Positions 36,358 through 46,712 of a stretch of 64,000 nt of DNA are shown piece by piece. Where the stretch lies: NCBI GenBank assembly GCA_054600435.1, contig BAAIJX010000004.1:248001-312000 (forward strand), read 5' to 3'. This DNA is from Neophaeotheca triangularis (Eukaryota). Position 1 is the stretch's first letter; each line of letters opens with the position of its first letter. Below the pieces are notes generated by a model. It searched no databases and was not told where the DNA came from. It was given only the letters and a program-made list of their open reading frames with translations. A program made the translations under genes and the position numbers.

Positions 36358-36489
36358 CTAGCCGCGTTTCACGAGATGAAGCTCATGACCTGCAGCTCAA
36401 TCCCGCTTGCTTCATACAGCTGGCTTGATTGCGACAACTATTCAAACCCGAGCTTTACGATCATTATAACCGACCAACAGACTTGCAAT

Positions 36490-37793
36490 ATGTCTGGACA
36501 GGGAAGAGGGCAGTACGACGTCGTCGTTGACGTGGACGCAGAGGTAAGTTGCTTGGATTGAGTGCTGGATTGGGGGCCGGAAGAAAGCTGACCGGTTCGC
36601 GATCAGGGAGATCTAGGCCATACCGATTTGCAGGACGATCTCGAGTTCCACCAGAGCAGTGAGTGACCTTACGACCGTCTTTTGCGAAGGAGAGGTGCAG
36701 CCGCATCAGCATCGCAGTGAAAGAGGAGGATAAAGTCAGTAGCGAGATACAGGACAGCAGACACCAGCAAACGCGCACCGCAACCGGCAACAAGACAAGG
36801 CAAGAACCCAAACTAACCCACATCCCTCAGCTTTCGACAACACAAGCGCACCCAAACCGGGCCAACAATCCTCCTACCTCGCGCCCCCACCCTCCTCAGC
36901 CTCGGCCTCGAGCAAGCGCTACCTTTGGAGCATCCACTTCTACCAACAATTCTTCGACCTCACCACAACCCAACTCCTGACCCGCCTGTACAACACCTTC
37001 CGCCCCGACCGCAACTTTCTCGACACTCTCGACGGCAACCCAGACCTCTACGGCCCAGTGTGGATCTCCACAACCGTCGTGGTGATTCTCTTTCTCACTG
37101 GGACTATTAGCCAATATCTTGCGGAAAAGGGGGAGCAGCATTTTGTCTACGATTGGAGACTTTTGAGCGGTGCTGCGGGCTTGGTTTATGGGTTTAATTT
37201 GGTGGTTCCCGCGGCGCTTTGGGGGGTGCTGAAGTGGTTTGCGGGCAGGGGGAGTGGGTTGGGGGAGGATGGCAGGGAGGTGCTTGGCTTGGTGGAGAGT
37301 TGGTGTTTGTATGGGTATGCGAGTTTGGTTTGGGTTGTTGTCGCGCTTGTCAGTTGGAGTCCTTTGAGTGGTGAGTTTGATCTTCTTACCGGCAAAATGA
37401 GGGGAGCTTGGGGCCGGGTTTGGGGGACGAGACGATGGGAGCTGGTGTGGGAGCGTTGGACGTGCTCGCTAATAATCATTCGCAGCTCTCAACTACGCCT
37501 TCGTTGGTGTGGGCTTCGCATACTCGGCCTTTTTTCTCGTGAGGAATCTGTAAGTTGATCCTGGTCGGAACATTCGTTGCTCGGTTCGATCTGACTAACA
37601 CACTACCCACAGCTACCCTGTTGTCTCGGCCACGGATAAGAAGACCTCCAAGATCCTTCTACTGGTGGTGCTCGGCCTGCATGCTGGTTTCGCAATCGCC
37701 ATCAAGATCCTCTTCTTCGCCCACGCGAGCCCCGTCAGCAAGAAGGGCAAACCTACAGATGGGGAGGATGCTGCTATGCTTTTTGCGTTGTAG
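36490..37793 (+). CDS. Yip1-domain Golgi protein (YIPF1/2 / Yip5-like), 5 exons
   Basis: MSGQGRGQYDVVVDVDAE|GDLGHTDLQDDLEFH..FYQQFFD..NPDLYGPVWISTTVV..WCLYGY..LHAGFAIAIKILFF; canonical introns starting at 36544, 36659, 37371 and 37550. Confidence 0.88.
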
Positions 37794-38424
37794 GGGGAAT
37801 GGGATGTGATGGCAAGGTGGCTGCCGGTGCGTTGCGTACGAGCATGTGATTATTCGCAGACAATTACTGCTTGCAATATAATACGCTGTCACATACATGT
37901 GACTCGGATCAATCGCCTATCCACTACAATGTTATGTACACGTCGTGTTACAATTGTTCCGTCGGCATACAAAGGGGCAGCACTTCAGTTTCTTATTATT
38001 CGGCCACGGCTTTCCAAATCTTACCCCACCAAAAGGTGCGAAATACAAAGCCCTCAGTACAGCCCACCAAAAAGCCTCACCTCTTCTTTTCCCCTCCCTT
38101 ACCCTAAAGTCAGTCAGCCCATCTCTGTGGAAACACACGAGACCTGCACATTCGCGATACATCGTGTGTGCCTGGGCCAAAATCTACGCCTCCTAAAATC
38201 TCCACCGTAGTATGAGAGCCCGGTCTTACAACCTAAACCCCGATCCACCTCCCGAGCGAGGTTTCCACCAACCCACTACTTCCATCATAGAATTTCGACG
38301 ACCGCATCTCACAAACTCTTGATCGAGCATCCGTGCTGACTGATCAGACACAACAAACACCATCTTCTTTTCCATTCTATACTACTTCCTTGAACCTGCG
38401 AAAAGTCACTCTTGACCAATCGTC

Positions 38425-41400
38425 ATGGCTCCCAAAGGCAAGAAGGGAAAGAAGGGCGGCGATGACTGGGACGAAGGCTTGGGCGAGACTGTCGACCCGA
38501 TTGCTCAGGCTTCGGAGAACGCCAAAGCCGAGGAGGCGGCGCAAGATGCTGCGGAAGAGGAAGCCGAGGGTGGCGGCGGCGGCGGGCTCATGGCCGCGCT
38601 GAAAAAGAACAAGGACAAGCGCAAGAAACGCGGCAAGACTGTCGAAGACGAGGATGAGGGCGCTGCTGCTGATGGCGCTGATGGTGATGCCATTGCTGAT
38701 CTGGCTTCCAAGGCTCCCGAGGAGGCTACGATGGAGGACGAGGATCTCTTTGCCGCGCCGGCTAAGGGGGGCAAGGGCAAGGGTGGGAAGAAGGGTGGGA
38801 AGCAGCAGCAGCAGCAGGCGGCTGATGATGATGAGGAGGATGAGGAGGGCGGTGGGATGAAGAGCAAAGCTCAGAAGGAGAAGGAGAAGAAGGAGCGTGA
38901 GAAGCAGAGAAAGAAGGAGCAGGCGGCGCTAAAGAAGAAGACCACTGCGCCCCCTCCTGCGCCCAAGGTTGAGGAGAAGAAGGTTGAAGCTGCTCCTGCG
39001 CCCGCTCCTGAGCCTGCTGCCGGTGGGAAGAAGAAAAAGCTGAACCCTGCGCTTGCGGCTTTACAGAAGCAGCAGGAGGAGTTGAAGAAGCAGGCCGAGG
39101 AGGATGCCAAGGCCGCTGAGGAGGCTAAGCGGCTGGCAGAAGATGAGCAGAAGAAGGCCCAAGAGGAAGAGCAGAAGGCTGTCGAGGCCAAGGCTGCGAA
39201 GAAGGCGAGGGAAAAGGCGAAGATCGAGGAGCAGAAGAAAGCCGGTACTTATAAAACCGAGAAGCAACGCAGGGACGAAGCTCAAGCGAAGTTGAGACTG
39301 CAGCAGATGCTCGAGTCTGGTCAGGTCAAGGTCGGTGGAGTTGAAGGCGAGGAGAAGGAAAAGCCTGCCAAGAAGGACGACCGCAAGAAGCGCAACCCAC
39401 GCAAAGAGGCCGAGGAGAGGAAGGCTAAGGAGGAGGAGGAGGCCCGCAAGAAGATGGAGGAGCTCAAGATTCAGGAAGAGCAGGCTGAGAAGGCGCGGCT
39501 GGAGGCTGAAAAGGCCAAGGCTGATGCTGAGGCTAAGAAGGCTGAAGAGAGCGATGAGCTTGACGACTGGGAAGCTCTCGCCGAAAAGGAAGAGGGTCTC
39601 AAGGACAGCTGGGATGCCGAGTCTGGCGATGAAGAAGACACCGCTGTCGTCAAGCCTAGTGTCAACGGCAAGCCTGTGCAAGAAGGTGCCAAGGGCGCAA
39701 AGGCCGACATCAAGGATGAATCTGACAGCGAAAGCGACTCCGACTCCAACTCTTCTTCGTCGTCTGAAGAAGAAACTGTTGCTCAGAAGCAGGCTGCCGC
39801 GAAGAGGCAAGCTGTCGTCGACAAGCGCAAAGCAGAGCAAGAGGCTGCCCGTAACGCTGCTTCGAAAGACGACCTCCGCTCGCCCATTTGCTGTATTCTT
39901 GGTCACGTCGACACGGGTAAGACGAAGCTTCTCGACAAGGTCCGTTCCACCAACGTGCAAGAAGGTGAAGCGGGAGGTATCACTCAACAGATTGGTGCCA
40001 CCTACTTCCCCGTCGACGCTTTGGAGAAGAAGACGCATGTCGTCAACCAAGACGGCGCCTTCGAGTTCAAGGTGCCAGGTCTCCTCGTCATCGACACGCC
40101 CGGTCACGAGTCCTTCACCAACTTGCGTTCCAGGGGTAGCTCGCTCTGCAACATTGCCATTCTCGTGGTCGATATTATGCACGGTCTTGAGCCGCAGACT
40201 CTGGAATCTATGCGCTTGCTCCGCGACCGCAAGACGCCTTTCATCGTAGCGCTGAACAAGATTGACCGTCTTTATAACTGGAAGATGGTTGCCAACAACG
40301 GTTTCCGCGAGTCTTTGGCTTTGCAGAACAAGGGCGTTCAGTCTGAGTTCCGTGACCGTCTTGAGAAGACTAAGCTTGCCTTCGCCGAGCAAGGTTTCAA
40401 CGCCGAGCTTTACTATGAGAACAAGAGCATGGCTAAATATGTCTCCCTCGTGCCTACGAGTGCTCACACCGGAGAGGGTATCCCCGACATGCTCAAGCTG
40501 CTTGTCACTCTCACGCAAGAAAGGATGACTCGCCAGCTCATGTACTTGAGCGAAGTCGAGTGTACTGTCCTCGAAGTCAAGGTCATCGAAGGTCTCGGCA
40601 CTACTATCGACGTCGTCCTCAGCAATGGTGTTCTCAACGAAGGCGACCGCATCGTCCTCTGCGGTACCGAAGGACCCATCACCACCGACGTGCGTGCTCT
40701 CCTAACGCCCGCCGAGATGAAGGAATTGCGTGTCAAGTCCGCCTACGTCCACAACAAGACCGTCAAGGCCGCGCTCGGTGTGAAGATCGCCGCCAACGGT
40801 CTCGACAACGCCATTGCCGGTTCCCGCCTGCTCGTCGCCAAGAATAAGGACGACGAAGACGAGATCGAAGAGCTAGAAGAAGACGTGATGGGCGATCTCG
40901 AGAACCTCATGAGCAAAATCTCCAAATCCGGCCGCGGTGTCACCGTCCAAGCGTCCACTCTCGGCTCGCTCGAAGCCCTCCTGGAATTTCTCCGGACCAG
41001 CAAAATTCCCGTCGCCAACATCTCCATCGGCCCCGTGCACAAACGCGACGTCATCACCGCTTCCACAATGCTCGAAAAAGCCAAGGAATACGCCGTCATG
41101 TTATGTTTCGACGTCAAAGTCGACAAGGAAGCGCAAGAGCACGCCGACCAGTGCGGAGTCAAAATCTTCACGGCCGAGATCATTTACCATCTCTTCGACG
41201 AGTTCACAAAACATTTGGAGCAGTTGCGCCAGCAGAAGAAGGAGGAGAGCAAGATGTTGGCTGTCTTCCCTTGCGTTCTTAGACCTGTTGCTGTTTTTAA
41301 CAAGACCACGCCAATTGTTGTGGGTGTCGATGTCGTCGATGGCAACTTGCGCATCAACACTCCCATTGCGGCTGTCAAGTTCAACTCGGTCACTAATGTC

Positions 41401-41736
41401 AAGGAAATCGTTAGCTTGGGCAGAGTGTAAGTCTTTTCCCATTTCTCCTCAGAGAAAAGTTACCCCTCTTACTAACACCACACCCCCAGCACCGGTATCG
41501 AGCGCGACCATAAACAACTGCCCATTTGCAAGAAGGGGCAACCCTCCGTCGCTGTCAAGATCGAGGGTGGCAACCAGCCCATGTACGGCCGCCAGCTCGA
41601 GGAGAAGGATATGCTTTACTCGCAGATTTCGAGGCGGAGTATTGATACGCTGAAGGAGTTTTACCGGGATGAGGTTGATAAGGATGAGTGGGGACTTATT
41701 GCCAAGACTCTCAAGGGATTGTTTGACGTGCATTAG
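38425..41736 (+). CDS. FUN12: Eukaryotic translation initiation factor 5B (one intron ~41427-41489)
   Basis: Charged N-terminus; [26 protein letters not shown] GTPase motifs; C-terminal exon [20 protein letters not shown]. Confidence 0.97.
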
Positions 41737-42560
41737 ATGGGTGGGTTAGGATTGGGGGGCGGTGAGGGTTGGGATAGTAGGGATGGTAGGGACGATGATG
41801 GTAGGGACAGTTATGGCAGACGATGGTAGATGGTATACGGACTGTTCGTTTTCGCTCATCGGGTCGCCATTACAAGCAACAGTGCCAGTGATTTGAGATT
41901 TTGTGAATATCGACTACGTCCAGATATCTCGAAAAGCTTCTACGACTCCCCTGGCATGCTTGGAATTGATCAGTACAGGACGAGACGATCAAGACACTGA
42001 CTGCCGTGTGAGGCCATGGCCATTTGAACGCCGCTCCTCGCCTCGGTTGGATGGGATGGAGGTGATGATTAATAGAGAGGGAAAGCAAGCACTTGACGAC
42101 CTGGCGGTCTACGATGGGGTGTTTGAGAAGGTCAGTGAGTACTTCAGATTGGTTAAAGAGGGCTCTTGGGTATTTTAATGCGGCAGGAGGAGGGCAACTA
42201 TGGTAGCCGGTTTCTTGTCTAGGCGCTTAGTCACTCCTGATAGGATTGTAAGGAGGACTACGGGTGCCATTGTATTCAATTGAATGCTGCTAATGCCTCT
42301 TTGGGGGTCCAGATGATCTGCATCTTGCTGTGTTGCTCACAAGGTAGGGTAGAGGTTTGGGTTGTTGCGCGTTGTTCAGTAAATCGTCAGTATGTACTGT
42401 AATCTTGCGAGGTCGTCTCCCTTGGAGATGCAACGGCCGGCGCTTAGACCACCACTTGGACACCTGATCTCCAAAGACTCTCAGGCCAGTTCTCTTCAGA
42501 CCACGCAGCACGGTATATCGAAGTTTGGGACTATCGAGGTATATACATAATTCCGTGACC

Positions 42561-43022
42561 ATGGCGTCCAAAGAGCCCTCGGTGCCCTCCCAGTCCGAGA
42601 TCGACACGGCCCTCGAAACCCTCTACGCCGCCGGTCTCCCCATCCGCGCCGCCGTCACAGGAGCCGCCCACGTCGCCCGTTCCAACACCAACGTCTCCCC
42701 CTTCAGCAAACCCATCCAAGACCTCGCGACGCAAATCGGCTGGGGCGCGATCTGGTCCCGTCCCGGCTTAAGCCGTCAACAACGCTCGCTGATCGGCGTG
42801 GCGATGCTGACGGCTTTGGGCAAGTCGCAGGAACTGGGCGTGCATGTCAAGGGTGCGGTGAGGAATGGTTGTACTGTGTTGGAGGTGAGGGAGGCGGTGT
42901 TGCACGCGAGTGTTTATGCTGGGCTACCGACGGGGTTGGAGGGCTTTAGAGTGGCGGAGCGGGCTCTGGAAGAGTTGATGGGGAGGGAGGAGCTGGATAG
43001 GGCGGTCAAAGCGAAGTTGTGA
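42561..43022 (+). CDS. Carboxymuconolactone decarboxylase (CMD/AhpD-like) family protein
   Basis: WGAIWSRPGLSRQQRSLI..ELGVHVKGAVRNG..EVREAVLHASVYAGLP. Confidence 0.9.
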   Translation: MASKEPSVPSQSEIDTALETLYAAGLPIRAAVTGAAHVARSNTNVSPFSKPIQDLATQIGWGAIWSRPGLSRQQRSLIGVAMLTALGKSQELGVHVKGAVRNGCTVLEVREAVLHASVYAGLPTGLEGFRVAERALEELMGREELDRAVKAKL

Positions 43023-43262
43023 TTGTTCTTCGTCCGAGAGGCCGCGCTTCGACGATTACTGGACTTTTCGTTGCCATCTCGTTGCCATCTCAATGCTCAA
43101 TGGGTTCAGCCAAAGGCCACGCCACCTAACTATGACGTAGACAGGGATTGCTCAGGCCGCCTTACAGTTCTACTTCCATATCCATAGGCCGGGTTTCAGT
43201 ATGTTCCAAAAAAACAAACGCAAACGCCGACCCTCCACCAAACCAACGAGAAAGCTCGCACC

Positions 43263-43805
43263 ATGGCAGCCAAGCTAACCCCCCTGACCTCCCTGAAAGT
43301 ACTCCAACACCAAATTCCCGCCCACAACCTAACCCCCAACACCTCGCTCCAGCACAAACCGCTCCTAATTTACCGCCAAGTTTTCCCATCCCCGACAACC
43401 ACGGCAACCCAGATCGAAACCCACCTGACTCAAACCGCCGTCGTGCAACCGCAATGGCGGTACACCATGTTCCCGTACTCGCACTTCCACAGCACGGCGC
43501 ACGAAGTGCTGTGCATTTCCTCGGGGGCGGCGAAGTTGTGTTTCGGGCACGAGGACAATCCCTCGAGGGTTGAGGAGGTGGTGGGGAGGGGTGATGTTGT
43601 CGTCGTGCCTGCCGGGGTTGCGCATCGGCTGTTGGAGGATTTGGAGGGCGGGTTTGAGATGGTGGGGTCTTATCCCAAGGGTGTCGGGTGGGATATGTGT
43701 TATGGGAAGAAGGGGGAGGAGGGGAAGGTGCAGGGGATCAAGCGGTTGGGTTGGTTTGAGCGCGATCCGGTGTATGGGTCAGAAGGGCCTGTGTTGGAGG
43801 TTTAA
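43263..43805 (+). CDS. Cupin-domain protein (YjlB-like)
   Basis: SHFHSTAHEVL and GDVVVVPAGVAH cupin motifs; MVGSYPKG..WD; RDPVYG. Confidence 0.9.
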   Translation: MAAKLTPLTSLKVLQHQIPAHNLTPNTSLQHKPLLIYRQVFPSPTTTATQIETHLTQTAVVQPQWRYTMFPYSHFHSTAHEVLCISSGAAKLCFGHEDNPSRVEEVVGRGDVVVVPAGVAHRLLEDLEGGFEMVGSYPKGVGWDMCYGKKGEEGKVQGIKRLGWFERDPVYGSEGPVLEV

Positions 43806-44190
43806 GGGTTGGGTTTAACGGCGAGAGTGCCAGTGGTTTCGCGGTGGTTAGTAAACTGCTCTCTTGTGCCGCGCCATTTTTGGATTCGAACGATGGGAGA
43901 GACGACTTCCGCAGCAAGTGTTTTGGAGCAGTGCCAGCCGCGAAGTCGCTGCAAGCCACGGAATTGAGGAATAGGCGTGACTCGAGTTTCTGGCGCCCGG
44001 GACTGCTGAACTTTGCTGTGGCGAACGACAAGGGGACATTATTTTTTGTATCAGGGTCTATTCGACCTCGTCTAGACGGCCGCCACTCATGAGGCGCTCC
44101 TCAAAGCCTGCATTTACCCCAGCCCTCGAATTTAAACGTCTTTTCTACCAGCCAGACTCGAATGCCAACAAAGCTACCCACCCAACTTCA

Positions 44191-45744
44191 TCAATCCTCC
44201 TCCATCATATCACGCGTCCTCTTCTTCCCTCCCCCAGCCTTCTTCCTCCTCCCCGCTCCGCGAACAATACCACGGCCCTTCACCTCCACCCTCACAATAT
44301 GCAAATCAACATGCCTCTTCGCGGGCCCAGCCAAAAGCGCCGACCCCCCAAACCCCTTCAACAGACAAAAAGGACAAGCCTTCACATCTTTGCGAATGCA
44401 CTCCTGCCAAATCCCCCTCATCTCCTCCCAAAGCTCCGGGCACTCGACAAAATGCTCCACAATCTCGGTTTGCGAGTTCCGCCACAACAGAGCAATGACA
44501 CCGACATCGATCTCCGGGTTGGAAAGCGCATCCTCGAGATCATCTCTCAGCCGTCGATGCAATTGCCAAGGATCGTCTTTGGGACCCCCGATGACGGCAT
44601 CGCAGATGAAACCGCCTTGGAGACGTCTATCGAGGAAGCGGCCGTCGTGCGTTTGCACTGTTGAGCCGGCTAGATAGCAGGTTTCGAGCGTGAAGACGAC
44701 GTGGGGGAGATAGGGGGGGACGAGCATGGTTTCGCCGTCGGCTTGGAGGATGAAGACGCCGTGGTGGAGGTTGTGGAGGCAGTATGCTGTGTCCTGGTCG
44801 TGGTTGGCGAAGGCGGGAAGTTGAGACGGGGGCCAGAAGATCCAGAGTTTGCCTGGGGTGCGGTGGGGGTTGTTGTTGCTTGAGCTCACTGGTCCGACAG
44901 GTTGGAGGGTGCGGAGCGTGAAGATGCCTAGGTCTTCGTCGTGGTGGGCTTGGACGAGGGAGTAGCGGGGCGTGAGGTTTGCGTCGGCTCTTTCTATTTC
45001 GGCTTTATCGTCATGATCGTACCAGGTGGAGATTGCTTCGGCGTTGGAAGCTTCGAAGTCACTTGTGTTGCCCCAGAGCTCGCTTGAGGCGAAATTGCCT
45101 TGTTTGCCGGTCATGGGGATGTTCATGATGAGTGGTGGATGTTGCTGGTGCCGACGACCGAGGACGTTGCAAACCCATTTGAACATGTCTCGTTTTGACG
45201 GCTTCTCGCTCTCGATGCCATTCTGGAAGAGGCGACCCCCCAATGTCGGGTCGGTCTTCTTGGTCGAAGCCAGCCTTGCGAGACACCTTTGTAGAAGGTC
45301 TTCGACTGGCAAGAGCTGCGCGTCTTGCCCTAAATCTGGGAGTGTCCTTGGCCAGTAGAGCCCCTCGGTACCGAAGCCAGACTGTTCCACTTCGGGTCGA
45401 GACAGGTGAACAAAGTTTCTGAGGCCCGCTGCATCTGTCATGTCAAACGGGACCGCCTCATTTGGAATGCCACATCTTTGAAACACGGAAGCAAGATCGG
45501 GCAGCTCTGATGTAGGCAAGTCCGCATAAGCTTGGAGGGCTGGCGTTGCCCCGAGGCCAGTGGGTGAAGCTGCAGCGTGCAACGTTTGATCGCTGCCGAG
45601 CTGCTTCGGTTTTTGTAGAATTTTTAGCGGCGGGCGACAATTGGCAAGATGACGGAAATGCTGTATCGTCAGAAGCTCAGGGACTACCACTTTGTCGGCG
45701 TTCCTTGTCCGAGTTATCGATACCTTTCCGTCACAGCAATTCAT
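44191..45744 (-). CDS. Divergent JmjC-like (double-stranded beta-helix) protein; start uncertain
   Basis: NLTPRYSLVQAHHD (HxD), KLWIFWPP, LQADGETMLVPPYLPHVVFT (distal His); 517-aa ORF. Confidence 0.65.
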   Translation of the reverse strand: MNCCDGKVSITRTRNADKVVVPELLTIQHFRHLANCRPPLKILQKPKQLGSDQTLHAAASPTGLGATPALQAYADLPTSELPDLASVFQRCGIPNEAVPFDMTDAAGLRNFVHLSRPEVEQSGFGTEGLYWPRTLPDLGQDAQLLPVEDLLQRCLARLASTKKTDPTLGGRLFQNGIESEKPSKRDMFKWVCNVLGRRHQQHPPLIMNIPMTGKQGNFASSELWGNTSDFEASNAEAISTWYDHDDKAEIERADANLTPRYSLVQAHHDEDLGIFTLRTLQPVGPVSSSNNNPHRTPGKLWIFWPPSQLPAFANHDQDTAYCLHNLHHGVFILQADGETMLVPPYLPHVVFTLETCYLAGSTVQTHDGRFLDRRLQGGFICDAVIGGPKDDPWQLHRRLRDDLEDALSNPEIDVGVIALLWRNSQTEIVEHFVECPELWEEMRGIWQECIRKDVKACPFCLLKGFGGSALLAGPAKRHVDLHIVRVEVKGRGIVRGAGRRKKAGGGKKRTRDMMEED

Positions 45745-46712
45745 TGCAACGAGGTTGTGATGGTTGTAAAGATGTTAGGAGAGCGAACGTAGGCAGAACG
45801 TGGGTGTCATGGATCAAAAGATGCGTCGAAGTTGGCAGAATCTACCAGAGTCGCAAAAAGGAAGAAGGAAGGTTGGAGACTGAGCGAGAAGTGAGACATG
45901 TCTTTCCGATGGTGTTGAGAACGAACAGAACACAGACAAGCGGATGGACATTGTCGGTACGACGAGGACAGACCTTTCTCAGATGCAATAGGTCTCCAAC
46001 TACCTTGAGCGGTCTACAGATCCGGTGAACCGATTGTGTACAATTTCAGGGCGGGCAAAAGATACTGTCTATTCGATTGGACGTGAATGGGACAATCGAT
46101 CGAGCTGGCAATGGAAAGGCCCATATGGCGATGGGCGAGCAGATCGTTCGACCGAAAGACAACTTAGCTTCAATTTCTGCCACGATGGTGTAGGTGAATG
46201 AAGAGAAGAGTCTAAAGTGCCTTGGCTGCTCGGCGTTGGGAGGTAGTGGTGAAGTGAAGTTACTTCCAACGTTCCGGTTGTCGTGAAGTTCAAGTCTGAA
46301 TGCCTGACTGATAAGGCAGGAATCAAATCGTCACCGAACTCTTATCTGACCTTATCGTGGAAGCCGATCAGTACTGTTGCCTCACTAGCAACTAACTGCA
46401 ACTCTCGCCTGCACCTTTTGAATACAACTCCCGTTGAATACAGTACCTCCCCTACCGACACTTCCCCTTAGGTCACGGTTGCCTACATATCTCGACCCTG
46501 TTTCTCTCACCACATTGCTTCTTCTTCTTGTCATCTTCCATCCCCGAACCTCCGGCGGAACCCGCAACTCACACGCGACAGGAAGACATTACTAAAGCGC
46601 CTCATCAGGCAGGGCATCAGCCTCTTCCTCGACGACTCGCGCAAGCTCTCTCCCGCTCCGGCTTCGCAAGCTTCTTGAATAGAATCCTTCTCTATCGGGT
46701 TCGAGCGACGCG

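Noticed and set aside
11027..36361. Starship or other giant cargo element
   Set aside because: No tyrosine-recombinase captain. The size is fully explained by nested LTR insertions in a 5.6-kb TIR element.
39061..40518. 485-aa antisense ORF in eIF5B
   Set aside because: Shadow of biased codon usage on the coding strand; Leu-rich with no motifs.
41427..41489. Apparent premature stops or frameshifts in eIF5B (likewise SPF1, thiolase, Scn1, HET)
   Set aside because: Each coincides with a canonical GT..CTRAC..AG intron; these are not pseudogenes.
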